Assembly (NCBI RefSeq): GCF_006345805.1
Contig: NC_043006.1
Coordinates: 3,472,001-3,536,000, forward strand
Length of the DNA: 64,000 nucleotides
Reading direction: 5' to 3'
Source: Octopus sinensis
Taxonomy: Eukaryota
Shown: positions 1 to 13,228 of the stretch, in pieces
Position numbering within the stretch: the first letter of the stretch is position 1
How the letters are laid out: the number at the start of each line of letters is the position of its first letter
Program-made: the position numbers and the translations under genes
The notes under the pieces: generated by a model
The model's database searches: none
What the model saw: the letters and a program-made list of their open reading frames with translations, nothing else
Told to the model about the DNA's origin: nothing

Positions 1-330
1 AACTGGAGCAACGTGAAATAAAGTGTCTTGCTTCCCCGATGGTGGTGTTTAATCGGGTGACAATTTAAATCTAGCATTCAGTTAGGCCATGGCGGGATTT
101 GAACTCAGAATGTAAAGAAGTGAACGAACAATGCAAGGCATCCAATTCCGCAAATCCATTTCCGTGAGTTATTTTTCGATCAACCCCCAAGGAAATGGAA
201 GGCAAAATTTCAGGGAATTAGAGTGAATATGAGACATTTTATTCAACATTCTAAGAACTCTACCATTTTACCACCTTCGAGACCTTTGTGTGATTGGAGG
301 AAAATTTAACCGAGTGATAGTCTCCGAATA

Positions 331-1549
331 CGAGGTCTGATCAATAAGTATCCGGACAGGTGCTATAAAAACAAAACTAGAACACGTACCAATTTAGCAT
401 TTAATCTCATTTAAAGTAGTTTCCTTTGGAAGCCACACACTTAATCCATCGCTGTTTCCATTGATGGAAGCATTCCTGGATCTCGTTTTCTGGGATAATC
501 CTCGACCTTCTGAAATCTTCTTCCTTTCAACGGGATTTAATTTTTGGAAAGAGGAAAAAGTCACAAGGTGCAATATCTGGGGAATACGGTGACTGTCGGA
601 CCTAGGGAGTGCTGTGCCTAGCCAAAAGCTGCTGCACAAGCTGCGCTGAATGGGCAACTGCCACTCACCGGACGCATGCAATTGTGGCCTTTTGCGACGA
701 ATAGTTTCCCATAAATGCCGCAAACGTCACAGTAGTCTCCTTGTTTTCTGTTTGATCAGGTGGTGCATGCTCATGATAAACAATTCCCTTGTAGTCGAAG
801 AAAATGCTCTCATTGCCTCGATTCATTCATGCTTTCCTCGGTCACAGAGAGGTTGGGGGTCTTTCGCTGCGAAGACTGGGCTATTTTTCTTTTCGGGGTC
901 ATAGCCATAGAGCCACGATTCATCACCTGTTATGTCCGTTTTAAAAAAAGTTTTCATCCTTCTCGAGACAATCAAGGAGATATTGTGCAACATGAATCCG
1001 CGTGTCGTTTTGGCACAAACTTGGCAGACACGCGTCTCATACCGAAATCTTCGGTGATAATGGGCTGAACTGAACCGTAACTAATCTGCGCATCCTCTGA
1101 TAACTCACGGATGGTGATTCAACGATTTTCACAGCTGCACACAGATCTGCAATGTTTTCCGTATCTCCGAGAACGTTCATCAATATCGACATTTGCTCGG
1201 CCATCATGGAAACGTCTGAACCACTTTTACATTTGTGTGCAATTCATACACTCCTCTCCATACACTTTCTGCGATCTTGCGTAGACCTCTGAGCAGGTAT
1301 TGCCAAGCTTTTGGAAAAATTTGATGCAGATCCTCTGCTCAAATTTCTCTGTCATGGTCAATGTGATGATCACACGCAACACACCTTCCTTCCAAGCACT
1401 GCTGTAAACAGTGGAAAGGGAGCTAGAAGTTAAAACTTAGTTCACATGCACAACAGAATCCATGGTCAATCTGTACCGAGCGGCTTCACGCTGCGTGCTT
1501 TAGCTTCGTTATTATGGCAACAGTCCGAACACTTATTGATCAGACCACG
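331..1549 (-). mobile_element. Mariner DNA transposon, full length, transposase pseudogene
   Basis: 27-bp TIRs (331-357 and 1523-1549, 24/27 match) flanked by TA. Minus-strand motifs EQRICIKF, RRVSAKFVP, ITGDESW, RRKRP and PYSPDIAPCDFFLFPK. The HHDNA segment with the second catalytic Asp is deleted, and stops/frameshifts are present. Confidence 0.93.
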
Positions 1550-1929
1550 TACATCTAGATTTAAGCCGCGTAGGTACCTGTGTGACAGAGCAAATTTCTG
1601 AAATATTAAGCGCTAGTTTAAACATTGAAAACATGGAATCCAACAGACAATTCTAAAATCTTCAGAAAACAGAATAGAAAAAGAAATATTACTTAAAGGG
1701 GACATTTTCCAGTGAATTCATATATCCGATACAAGGCTTTGCACATGACTGAACACAGAACGTCTTATTTTTATTTTCACTGTTGAATAGACTTGCTATA
1801 GTGAAATATGATAATACAATAAGTTAACACAATTGGTATCAATTTGAGTAGATGATTTAGAGGCTGAAGGTTAAAGAGATTTGTGGGTAGGCGGTTATTC
1901 CAACAAACGTTAGGTATTTTCTTGGCATG

Positions 1930-2199
1930 CAGCTTCACGCCGTACACACACACACTCTCATACACATACACGTCCACAAATACACATACCACACGTGCAT
2001 GAATACATATATATGAATATATACACATATATACATATATCTACATATATATAGAAGTATATATATATATATATAATATATATATATATACATGTATATA
2101 TATATATATACATGCATATATACAAACATACATATATATATATACACACAAACATATATGTATATATATGTATGTATGTATATATATATATATATATAT

Positions 2200-2291
<92 letters not shown>

Positions 2292-2425
2292 GTATGTGTG
2301 TATGTGTGTGTGTACCTGTGTGTATCCGATAAGTAGAGCATTAAATATCCATCATGGCTGATCTCATCAGAGTTAGCAGATATGGAAAGCCATATAGTTT
2401 TATATATATGTATTATATGTATATA
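1930..2425. repeat. (TA)n/(CA)n compound microsatellite
   Basis: Direct inspection. Confidence 0.95.
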
Positions 2426-3313
2426 CACGAGCTGACGTACCTTGTAATTCCCGGGAAAGCGAGCTTATCCTTTGGTTCCATTCTCATAATTGTTTCGCTA
2501 ATCCAATAACAACAATACAAAGTGTGTAGCCCTTAAAACAGTTTATGTACATTTACAGAGAATACCAAACTGTCTCACATAGGATCTTGTTGTTAGGAAT
2601 TCTCAATAAGTTATGAATACCTAAATTATGAAGTCGGTTACGAAGTAACATGAAATTAGAGTACCCAATAGTAAGAATTCAAATAAAGTGGCCCCGAAAA
2701 GGGCTTTAATTCGTTCCCATAGTATATAGAACTTAGGTGGAAATACTAATAAGGTATGTATACAAAAATCGTGAAGCATGTTATATAATAACAAGCTAAT
2801 CGGATATGAGATAATAGCAATTCAAAGTAAAGGACTCTGAAAAGGGTTTTGTGCGTTCCCAGAGAATATTACCCTCAGGGGCGCTAGTGTTGGTATATTC
2901 GTGAATAAATCACTAACCGAAATTAGTCGATCTATTGTTTAGGAAAATACTATTTACTTGATTAAGGGTTGTACTGGATAAATTGCGAAAATAACTGTAA
3001 CAGTTCAAATACTAAGAAATAAGCATACTCAATTTGATTTATACCAAATGATTTAGGAAAATGAATGGGTTATTAGCTGTTAAAATGAAAAATATAAGAT
3101 ATATATAAGGATCCCTTCCAGGATCCTTTTTATCGATGTTTTTCAACAATCTGAGTATGCCATGAGATTGTCAGTCTTCTACTCACGTGTCAAGTTTCAT
3201 CAAAATCCATAAAACGATGTAGGAGAAATTAGCTAACAACTCTACAGACACACCCACAGACAGAATTTCCCACATATGTTGTAGATAGATACGCACACAC
3301 ACATATATATATA

Positions 3314-3415
3314 TAGTAGAAGTTACAGAGTGACTCAATGCCCGAGAGTTATGTGCGTTGATATGAGCCAACACACGGAACTCTCGGATCTTGAGTCACT
3401 CTGCTACTTCCGCTA
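3314..3415. repeat. Imperfect fold-back (about 45-bp arms, 8-nt loop) between TA tracts
   Basis: cagagtgactcaa..ccgagagtt..gttg pairs with caac..aactctcgg..ttgagtcactctg. Confidence 0.85.
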
Positions 3416-3490
3416 TATATTATAAAATAAACATGTATTCACATTTTGAGTTCTATTGTCCCTGTTTGCATGAATGCACCTGTATGTATG

Positions 3491-3563
<73 letters not shown>

Positions 3564-3599
3564 TATATATATCGCCATGATAGATCGTTACCCACTACA

Positions 3600-3881
<282 letters not shown>

Positions 3882-3942
3882 ATATGTATATATAATATAT
3901 ATATATATATACATATATATATACATATATATATGTGTGTGT

Positions 3943-3975
<33 letters not shown>

Positions 3976-4689
3976 ACACATACAAATATACAACACAGAC
4001 ATGCACAGACGCGCACACGCACCTATATACATGTATACACAGATAGATTGATAGATAAACCAGCAGAAAAACAAACAGACAGGAAGAAAGACAAGTTGGA
4101 AAATCTTCAAGCGGAAATCATCTCAGTGCAATATTTACTCAAAAATCTATCAGTGTTCATTGAGTTGTCACTGTTTAACATTATATTGTAGGAAATAGCA
4201 GTGTTACGTAGACATATAGATAGATATGTATTTATGCGTGGTAAGCGTATGTGTGTATGTGTGTGTGTGTGTTTGTTTGTGTGTTTATGTTTGTGTGGGT
4301 GTGTGTTTGAAATTGAATGAGAAAAGTTGATTATCATTACGGTAAGGTGGGCTCCGATCAGTCGAGGAAGGTCATTTGGTGTTGTGGTTAGAATAAATAT
4401 ATGTTAAAATGAGATATCATTGTTATTTTCATTTTTGTGCTATTGAGACCATAGTTTATTTACCGCACCCTGTATATATATATATATACATATATATATA
4501 CATATATATATATATGTATATACACGTGAGTTTGTGTGTTTGTATGTATGTAAGCGCGTGTGTGCGTATGTGTATACAAACACTCCCACACACACTCACG
4601 CACGCACACACACATAAACACACACACATATATATATTAAAGGAGGTGCTCCAGCATGGCCGCAGTTAAATGATTGAAACGTATGTATA

Positions 4690-6945
4690 TATACACAACG
4701 AGCTTCTTTCAATTTCCGTCAACCAAATCCACGCATAAGGTTTTGGTCGTCCTGAGGCTATACTAGAAGACACTTGCCCAAGGTGTCACGTAGTGGGACT
4801 CAACCCGGATCAGCGTGGATGGGAATCTAGCTTCTTTATTTCAAGATTTTGCCATGAAGGCATTGCACAGAGGGATAACCTTGCGGGCTGGTCAAAGACA
4901 TTAATGAGATGAGTGATGAAAAGGATGATATTAATGGGAGAAGACAAAAGACGACCGCCGATCTTTTCTTTCTCTAAAACATTGTTCTTTTTTCCTTTTT
5001 CAAAAACCAAAAAAAAAAAACACAAATGAGGTAATGAACCTCTCACAGTAAACATTAGATTTCATAATAATAGCAAAAACATTCAATTGAGCCGCGATGC
5101 CTCTTATGAATCATCCCCGATTAAATCCGTTGCTGCCTGCAGGCAATCCTGCAGCAGCAAGTCGGGGAACCAGAAGAGATAATTCTACTCTTCCTTATGA
5201 AAGGAATCGATTATCTTATAAGATTGACTTTCTGCCATGACCTCTTCAGCTACCTGCGGAGGCCAGTATGGACTATCCATGCAGGTCGGGACCAGCCGTT
5301 TCTGACCTTCAAAACTATCCACAAAGTTCTCTACGGCCTCTCCCTTGAAATAGAAGACCAGCGGTGGCACAAATTCCCACCGACGAAGTTTCTGGACATG
5401 CCGGCAGAGCATTGAAAACCGTCGGCACCGTCCCATTCTTCTTTTTTCTACTTTTTTTTCTTTAGCACGGGAGGTGTTGGTCCCTTCGCCTCAACCGGAG
5501 GAACATCGCCTCCTCCCGGCACTCCACGATCCTTCGGTGAGCAGCCATTGTTGCTCCCCTTCTTTTTCTCCCCTTTTTTCCGGGGGAGATCTCTCCCTCC
5601 TCGCCTACCTCAATCTTTCCTTCCAGAGCAGGAGGGGGCGCTCTTCTACAACCAACTCCTCCAGGACCCTACTCTGGCCCTAGGGACAGTTTTTCTTTGT
5701 ATGGCCAGGCTCCAGGCACCGATGACACCTGGAGGGGGGCGACCCTCAAGAATCACCGGGTACCTGCACCCGGCCATTTAAAAAAAAATCTGGAAGAACC
5801 AGGTTGGCTGATTGGGTCCACAGGGTCAAAAGAGCTTTTGACCCAACCCAATCAGCCGCAGCCACCCAGACCCCGGCGGATAGTTTCCTCTATCCACTCG
5901 GGTTTTATCTCGGGTGGCAACCCACAGACCCAAGCTCTTGTCAACCTCTTCCCACAATAGGTGCGAAGAAACAAAATTTCTTTGCCCTCTAAGGGCTAGC
6001 TCGCAAATTTGCAAGCCTCTTCAGGGTTGTCAAATAGCAACTACACCTTCGCATACTTGACCTCCCTGGAAATGTATTTAATAGTTGGCAGATACTCCGC
6101 TAACCCCTTTTCTATCACAGTCTTTTCAAATAGGGCGATGGTGTCGATCGACTTTGAGTAAGTCCAGAACACCACCGTCCTCTCTTCAAGGTCTTTCAAC
6201 CAGTGTTTGGGAGGTATAATTTCCCACTCGAAAACATTGTCTGTTTTTATTGTCGTGTTTTTTTTCTTTGTAATAATAGTTCGAAAATAGTTCAAAATAA
6301 AACTTAAAAAGAAAGAAGAAAAAGAAAGAAATCAAAAGAAATCCACAATAAAATGGAAGGAAGAAAAAGAAAACAATTCATGAAAGTCAAAAACAGTTTA
6401 GAAGAAAGAAAGTCAATAGTTCAAAAACGCAGTAAAAGAAAAATCTTCCGGTCACTAGGTACTCCTGGCCAAGATCGAACCGGAACGTCAAAACTGGAAT
6501 ACAACTTCCATAAGAACTAGTATACAAGTCGTTCAATCTTCGAAGGCAAAGACACTCCCCCAAAACAGCAATTCTCACAATTATTTCTAAAATTCGCAAA
6601 AGTGAACACATTTTTAGGAGGTGCGATACGCTCACAAGCAACAATTCTCACAATTAAGTGAGAAAAAATATCCACTTAATGTGAACCACTTTTGCTCAAC
6701 TGCAGGCAGACCAGAGTTTAGAATTCAGTGAGGACCTCTTGCTTGTACAAAAATAATTACTGCAAGCAACAAACCACCACTGGACCCAAAAAACAAAAGT
6801 CTTGCCTTAAAGTAGAGCTTCTTTTGCAATCAATTTTCGTCCGCTGCTAGCCAGCGTAACGACTTCAATCAGTGGTATGAACAAACAATACTGACAACAC
6901 GCATGCGCAAGGAATCAAGCTTCTTACCACACAACTACCTGTGTG
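4690..6945 (-). mobile_element. tRNA-derived SINE head split in two (4690-4836 and 6911-6945) by an inserted ORF1-only element
   Basis: Joining the halves restores the SINE sequence ...gggactcaacccgg...gggaatcaagcttcttaccacaca seen intact at about 35900-35950. Confidence 0.8.
4837..6910 (-). mobile_element. ORF1-only (HAL1-like) non-LTR retroposon; degraded L1/Tx1-type ORF1 with CCHC knuckle
   Basis: 15-bp TSD ggaatc(t/a)agcttctt at 4822-4836 and 6911-6925. Minus-strand ORF1 remnants YAKV*LLF..LRTYCGKRLTRAWVCGLPPEI and VILEGRPP/CHRCLEPGHTKK-CP (about 5685-5750). No EN or RT between the TSDs. Confidence 0.75.
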
Positions 6946-7652
6946 TCATTGTTTGTGCGTGTGCGTGTAGTCCTAAGTAGTAGACATACAGACATTTCAA
7001 TTTTACCTATTTCTCAGTAGATTGAAACAAAACCGTTATAAACAAACTTCATCGATCTTTGACCCTACTAAGGGCCTCAGAGACGAATATGCAAAAATAG
7101 ATCTCATGTATTTAATATTTAGCTGTAAAGTTACGTAACTCAACCACCGATAATTTTGTGTGGTTCGCTTAACAAGCTAAACTATAAATTACAATGCTTC
7201 TTAAAATATAGAAGAAAGCGCGACTGTTCACGACGCTTCTATCAAAACACGGATTTGGGCATCACGTGATAAAGCAATGCTTTCAAAATCTGCTTGATAG
7301 CCTTCATATGTACACGCATATGTATAACATATGTGTACATATGTGTCTTTGTTTATTTGGATATGTATGTACACACACACACACACACACACACCACACA
7401 CACACACACATACACACACACACACACTCACACATATACATATACACACACACACAGACATACGTAGTCTGCACGTTTTTGTGGTGTTTTCATTTTACCT
7501 TTTTGTCTTGCTCAGCCTGATTCTTGCTTCTGTGTGGAGATATATACATCTCTACATGTGTTCAAGTACAGAGATCAATATATGTATATCTGCATATGGC
7601 TGCAAGTGTATGCTCATGTATATATATTTGTGTGCGTGTGTCTGTGCGTGTG

Positions 7653-7705
<53 letters not shown>

Positions 7706-10042
7706 AAATTCGGGATACTCGGGCTAGGAATATGTAACTCGAGTGCTGGAGTAGCAATTCTTATACATACGCTCGCATATACGTATGTGTGTATGTATAA
7801 ATGCATGTATGGAGTTATGTATCTCAACAGACCTGTCAACCTGTCAAACCAATAGGAAATGTCAGAACACCCCATACATTCTTGTCTCGTAATACTTTCT
7901 TGGTCCCAAAGGCCTGACTGGGGTTGACGCAATGTAGGCCTGTAAAATTAACAAAAATATTTCTTTCATCCTCGTATTAAAACGTGACGTGTGCTAACAA
8001 ACGTGCGCACCAAATATGATGTATATTCTTTTAAATCTCAAATGATTTGAATTCAATATTCTTAACATATATAATTCAGTTACAACATTGTAACTTAAAA
8101 TATGTTGCGGATCTTAGCGAAAGTTTAATGGTGCCAACTCGGGCTTATGCAAGTCAAATGCGAACTCTGTTGACATCAACTGTATGTGAAAAGGTTTGAA
8201 AAGATCTGCTTTGAAGTTTAAACTGTTGGAGCTCTCATTTGGTGTCTGGGACATACTAACTGCTATCAGTGAGTTGTCGAAGCTTGAAAATGTATTATAT
8301 CTTTACAAAGAATTGACATTGCTAGGTCATAACGAACGAAATGTAAAAGATAAACTTTACAAAGAGTTGTCATGAGCTACTGGAGTTCATTATTGAAATA
8401 GGTAGTCTTTGCATCAAACTTCTGCCAAAAGAAAATCAAAACATTTTCCAGATGTTTCAAAATATAATAAAAATGACATTATATCTACAAGTGATGGTGT
8501 AATAGCTGACGTAATTCGTACAGAAGGTGAAAAATGCTCCATTTATATCAGTGCAAGCAGACGATATTACCAAGTGTGTTATGTCTGTCTACCTCTTCAT
8601 TATCGTCATTTATATATCTGAATGCAAAATAAGTGAAAGGTTTTTTTTTTCCTTTTTATATGATCTTATGATGTAAGTAATGATTAAACACGTCGAAATT
8701 GACTGTTGCGGTGGGAAATGTGTTGAACATCAGCCAAATGAACGAACGAAGACCAGCTGCTGTGATGCAAGACATACAAACAAAATCAGAGAAAGGGTTT
8801 CAATACAGCGATCTTTTTCATTGTTATGCATTTAAGCTTGACCTAGTTTTGAGTTGAATTATTAAAAAAAAAAGCCGACGGGATTCCGATCTTATTTTAT
8901 CTTTTAATTTTCATATATATATTTATTTTATTTACAACTTTAGTAAACTTATGTCTACGAGTTCAAAACGGAAAAAGTGTCTTGCGAGATTTCAGTATCT
9001 GCATTCCATTACTGTGCAATATCAAGTAGTACTAAAGGTGCAAGTGTTGCACGTAGAGTTCAAACATGCATTTCAAAATATCGAAACTGATAATCTATCG
9101 GCATAATTGAAAGACTTCACTTTCATATTTTTCACAAATTGTTTTCATGGCGGGTTGTCGCAAGTTGTACAGTGTAAACTGCGCGACCTGAATTCTGCTA
9201 AATCCTATTATTCAATATGCTGAAAATCGCTGTAAGGGTGAGGATTATGAAACACTGGTCAATATACAAGTACAAACAATGAACGACTGAATGCCTTCTA
9301 TCATCGTACGTCACAAAAGTACAAGAAGAATGCAATGAATCGTCCTACGTAAGTCTACCTATAGCCTAATGGTTTATGAGATTGAAGGTTATTCGGATTT
9401 TCAGTGCGTTTAGGTTGAAGGACACTCTATTAAGCAAGATGCCAATGATACACAGAATTAGCTTCCAGGTTCTCATCTTCAGCTGAATGTACTGCATCAT
9501 CATGAAATGTATTTCTTTGCTGACGGAGACAACATACAGCCGGGTTCTGATAGCCAATCAACATCTAAACACAAGGCCATGTACCTTCACTAAAGCGGTT
9601 CTTAATAGTTCAGATAATTTCAGTATCATTTAATGAACGATTTGCTCATGTTGATAAGTGTTGTATTGATATTTGAATTACTAGATGTAAAGAAGTTTGA
9701 AGTGTTTGCCTATACATCTTCTGTGCAACACTGGCAATTTATAGTGCAGATATTCATTACAAATCCGTCCTCAATGAGCTCAGATCTACGTATATTGACA
9801 CTGATTTCATATAGTTCAAATATAACAATATCATTTTGAAGAAACATCGCAGTTTGAGTTACATTTTTGCCTGAAACTGCCAGATTAATTTAACTTTTCC
9901 TGGCTATCCCTGGAACTTCAGTCGCAGGCAAAGGAAGCTTTACAACTATTGAGAAAATGTAGTCATTCTTAATTTGGGTTCTTGCTTATGAACAGTTTCT
10001 TTTAACTGGATAGGATGTTTCCATCTCATCGAGAAATAGATT

Positions 10043-10336
10043 CTCGTTCTCAACTGGAGTCCATATGGCCCTTGGGGCGCCATCTAAAGGTTCGTTGTTA
10101 AAATTTATGTACAATAAATTAATTATACTTCTACAATATTCTTTTATTTGTTTCAGTCATTTGACTGTGGCCATGCTGGAGCACCGCCTTTAGTCGAGCA
10201 ATCGACCCTAGAAATTATTTTTGTAAGCCTAGTACCTATTCTATCAGACTCTTTGCCGAACCGCTAAACTATGAGGACATAAACACACCAGCATCGGTTG
10301 TCAAGCGATGGTGGGGGGGGACAAACACAGACACAC

Positions 10337-10431
<95 letters not shown>

Positions 10432-10748
10432 GACTGACTTCTTTCAGTTTCCGCCTACCAAATCCACTCACAAGGCTTTGGTCGGCCCGAGGCTGTAGTA
10501 GAAGACACTTGCCCAAGGTGCCATGCAGTGAGAATGAACCCGGAACCATGTGATTGGTAAACAAGCTATTTGCAACACAGTTACGCCTGCGCTTAAAAAG
10601 CATTTCGCCCGGTGTGCTAACGTTACAGTTCCTAGCAATATTTAATTATGAAAATATAGGACTTTTTAAACAGTGAATGGCTATGAGGGTTCACCCAAGC
10701 AAAATAGGAATCAAAGGGGTCCTTTGGCAAAAAGGGTTGAGAAACCCT
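10043..10748. mobile_element. Degenerate hAT(Charlie)-like MITE interrupted by a SINE
   Basis: Right end aaaagggttgagaaaccctg and left end cgttctcaactggagtcc resemble Charlie-type termini. Confidence 0.4.
10141..10590 (-). mobile_element. tRNA-derived SINE with internal (CA)/(TA) microsatellite
   Basis: Head ccgggttcattctcactgcatggcaccttgggcaagtg and tail gtgctccagcatggccacagtcaaatgactgaaac. Same family at 10935-11085, 12665-12900, 15914-16335, 21468-21935, 35692-35950 and 39170-39330. Confidence 0.88.
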
Positions 10749-11110
10749 GATTTAGACCGACAAAGAGGATTACGTGAAAAGCCATTACAGGAATTTGCTA
10801 TAAAATCAAAACACTTGGAATTTGCGTTAATTGAAATATTCATTTAATGTACGAAATGTATGTTTCTACTCTTCCTCGTGGAGTCCCTTCTATGTGACTG
10901 AGTTACTGAGTTTACATTAGGAAACCCTTTCAAACAATTTCCAGTTTGCTTCCCAGCCATGTGGTTCCAGGTTCAGTCCCGCTGTGTGGCACCTTGGACA
11001 AATGTCTTTAACTATAGTTCCAGACCGAGCGAAGTCTTAGGAGTGGATTTATTAGACAGAAACTGAAAGAAGCCTGTTGCTTTTCGTGTGTGTGTGTTTG
11101 TGTGTGTGTG

Positions 11111-11150
<40 letters not shown>

Positions 11151-11248
11151 ATTCAGTTCTTTAGTTTAATTATATTACAATTCCTAATGACAACTCACAA
11201 TTACAAATACTTCTGGACACAATAATCGATACCTAGTGTAGGAATTGT

Positions 11249-11495
11249 GGAGGAGCGTGGCTTAGTGGTTAGGGTGTCAGCATCATGATCGTAAGATTGT
11301 GGTTTCCATTCCTGGACCGGGCGACGCGTTGTATACTTGAGAAAAACACTTCATTTCCCGTTGCTCCAGTCCTCTCAGCTGGCAAAAATGAGTAACGCTG
11401 CGATGGACTGGCGTCCCGTCCAACTGGGGAACACATACGCCATTGAAACCGAGAAACCGGGCCCATGAACCTGGCTGGGCTTTAAAAGGGCGCAA
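11249..11495 (+). mobile_element. tRNA-derived SINE, second family
   Basis: A-box tggcttagtggttag, B-box-like ggtttccattcc, followed by cttgagaaaaacacttcatttc..gctccagtcctctcagctg domain. Confidence 0.8.
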
Positions 11496-12899
11496 GGAAA
11501 GTGTAGGAATAAAGCTTCAAATGAACATTTGCCATCATATTAAGCTAAATAAATTTCCACTGTTTCACTACTTTACAGATTTCACAGAATCAATGTTCTT
11601 GTTTTCGTTTGGTCTGTTGAACAAATCATCCTTATTGTCGATGAACCCTGCAAGTCAGTCACGGGTGGTAAATTCGATATTGATGCAAACGGACGAAATT
11701 CACTGAAACGTGTGATTTCGTATGCAAAAAATTGTCGCTCAAGACTGTGAATAACCTCGAAATGCGCTGATGATAGGTATTAATCCTTAGAGGTATCATG
11801 TATAGACAATAAGGCATATACGAATCCATATGTCTGCGTATTAATCCATCTTAATCGAAACAACCCACAAAAAGAGCTCAATATATATATATATACAAAC
11901 AAGTACAGTCAGTTTGGATTACGGCTACGGTCTCTGCTGCAGAATTAAAACTGACAGAAAAATTCGACATATATTAAATAAGAGTGATATTAACTGTTCG
12001 AGAAATCACAAAAACTACTTTGTACATTTTTGTACATTTCTTAATAAATAAACATTAAATGGAGTGTCAAAAATGTTTTCCTCGCATCTCGGAAGCCTGA
12101 TTATTGATACGATACGACTGGAATTCTATTAGCGACAAGGATGTAGACATGCGATAAAACTTTTGACACTTCATAATAGAAAGTACTTTTAAGAAATCAG
12201 CGAACATTGAATATAAGAGATTTTGTTTTCTTAAATGACTAGACAAAATCTTCCACGAACACACATATGTATATATATATATATGAACACATATATGTAC
12301 ATGTATAAACGTATATACATGCACACACACACACTCACACACAAATATATATATATGTATATATAGGTATAGTGTGTGTGATGCGTGCGTGTGCATGTGT
12401 GGGGGTGGATGATTAAGTGCGTGCATTTGTGCTCGTATTCAGCACTTACCGGTTTGACAAGTGACCATCGCCGTAACCTTGCGATTCTTACATACAAAGA
12501 GGATCAGATTTGAAAATTAGCAATACGGACTGTTTCATTGACTGAGTCTTTCAAAGTGGTGCTTGCCTCAGCATGGTCAGAGTCCAAAGAGTGAGACAAA
12601 TAAAGAAAGATTAAGGGAGTATGCGGGTGAGAGTACGTGTGTGTGTGTATATATGAATGTATATACTCTTTTACTTGTTTCAGTCATTTGACTGCAGCCA
12701 TACTGGAGCACCGTCTTTAGTCGAGCAAATCGAGCACAGGATTTTGTAAGCCTAGTACTTATTCTATCGGTCGCTTTGGCCGAACCACTAAGTTACGGGG
12801 ACGTAAACACACCAGCATCGGTTGTCAAGCGATGCTGTGAGGACAGACACAGATACACAAACATATACACACACATACATATACATATATATAAGACGG

Positions 12900-13040
12900 G
12901 ATTCTTTTAAAAAATCCATGAAGTCTTTTTATATACAAATCCAATTTCCTATTGAATAGGATATAAATCGAAAACAGCGCATCATCTCTATATAATCCAC
13001 CTTTAAGTTCCGGAAATTCAATCTAAATAAAACATAATGT
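12900..13040 (-). pseudogene. Penelope-like element reverse transcriptase fragment (YRDD type)
   Basis: Minus strand translates to IEFPELKGGLYRDDALFSIYILFNRKLDLYIKRLHGFFKR; YRDD at 12981-12992. Confidence 0.65.
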
Positions 13041-13041
13041 A

Positions 13042-13073
<32 letters not shown>

Positions 13074-13173
13074 TATATATAAAAGGGCTTAGTAAAATAA
13101 ATTACTTTGCCGCATACTTGGTGAAATTGATTAATTAATTAATTTTACCCGCAATTGTTGAAATTATATATAT

Positions 13174-13217
<44 letters not shown>

Positions 13218-13228
13218 ATATATATACA

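Noticed and set aside
11750-11800. GAAA..CTGATGA near 11757-11775 as a hammerhead
   Set aside because: Only 4 nt between GAAA and CUGAUGA, and no downstream GAAA; stems I and III cannot form.
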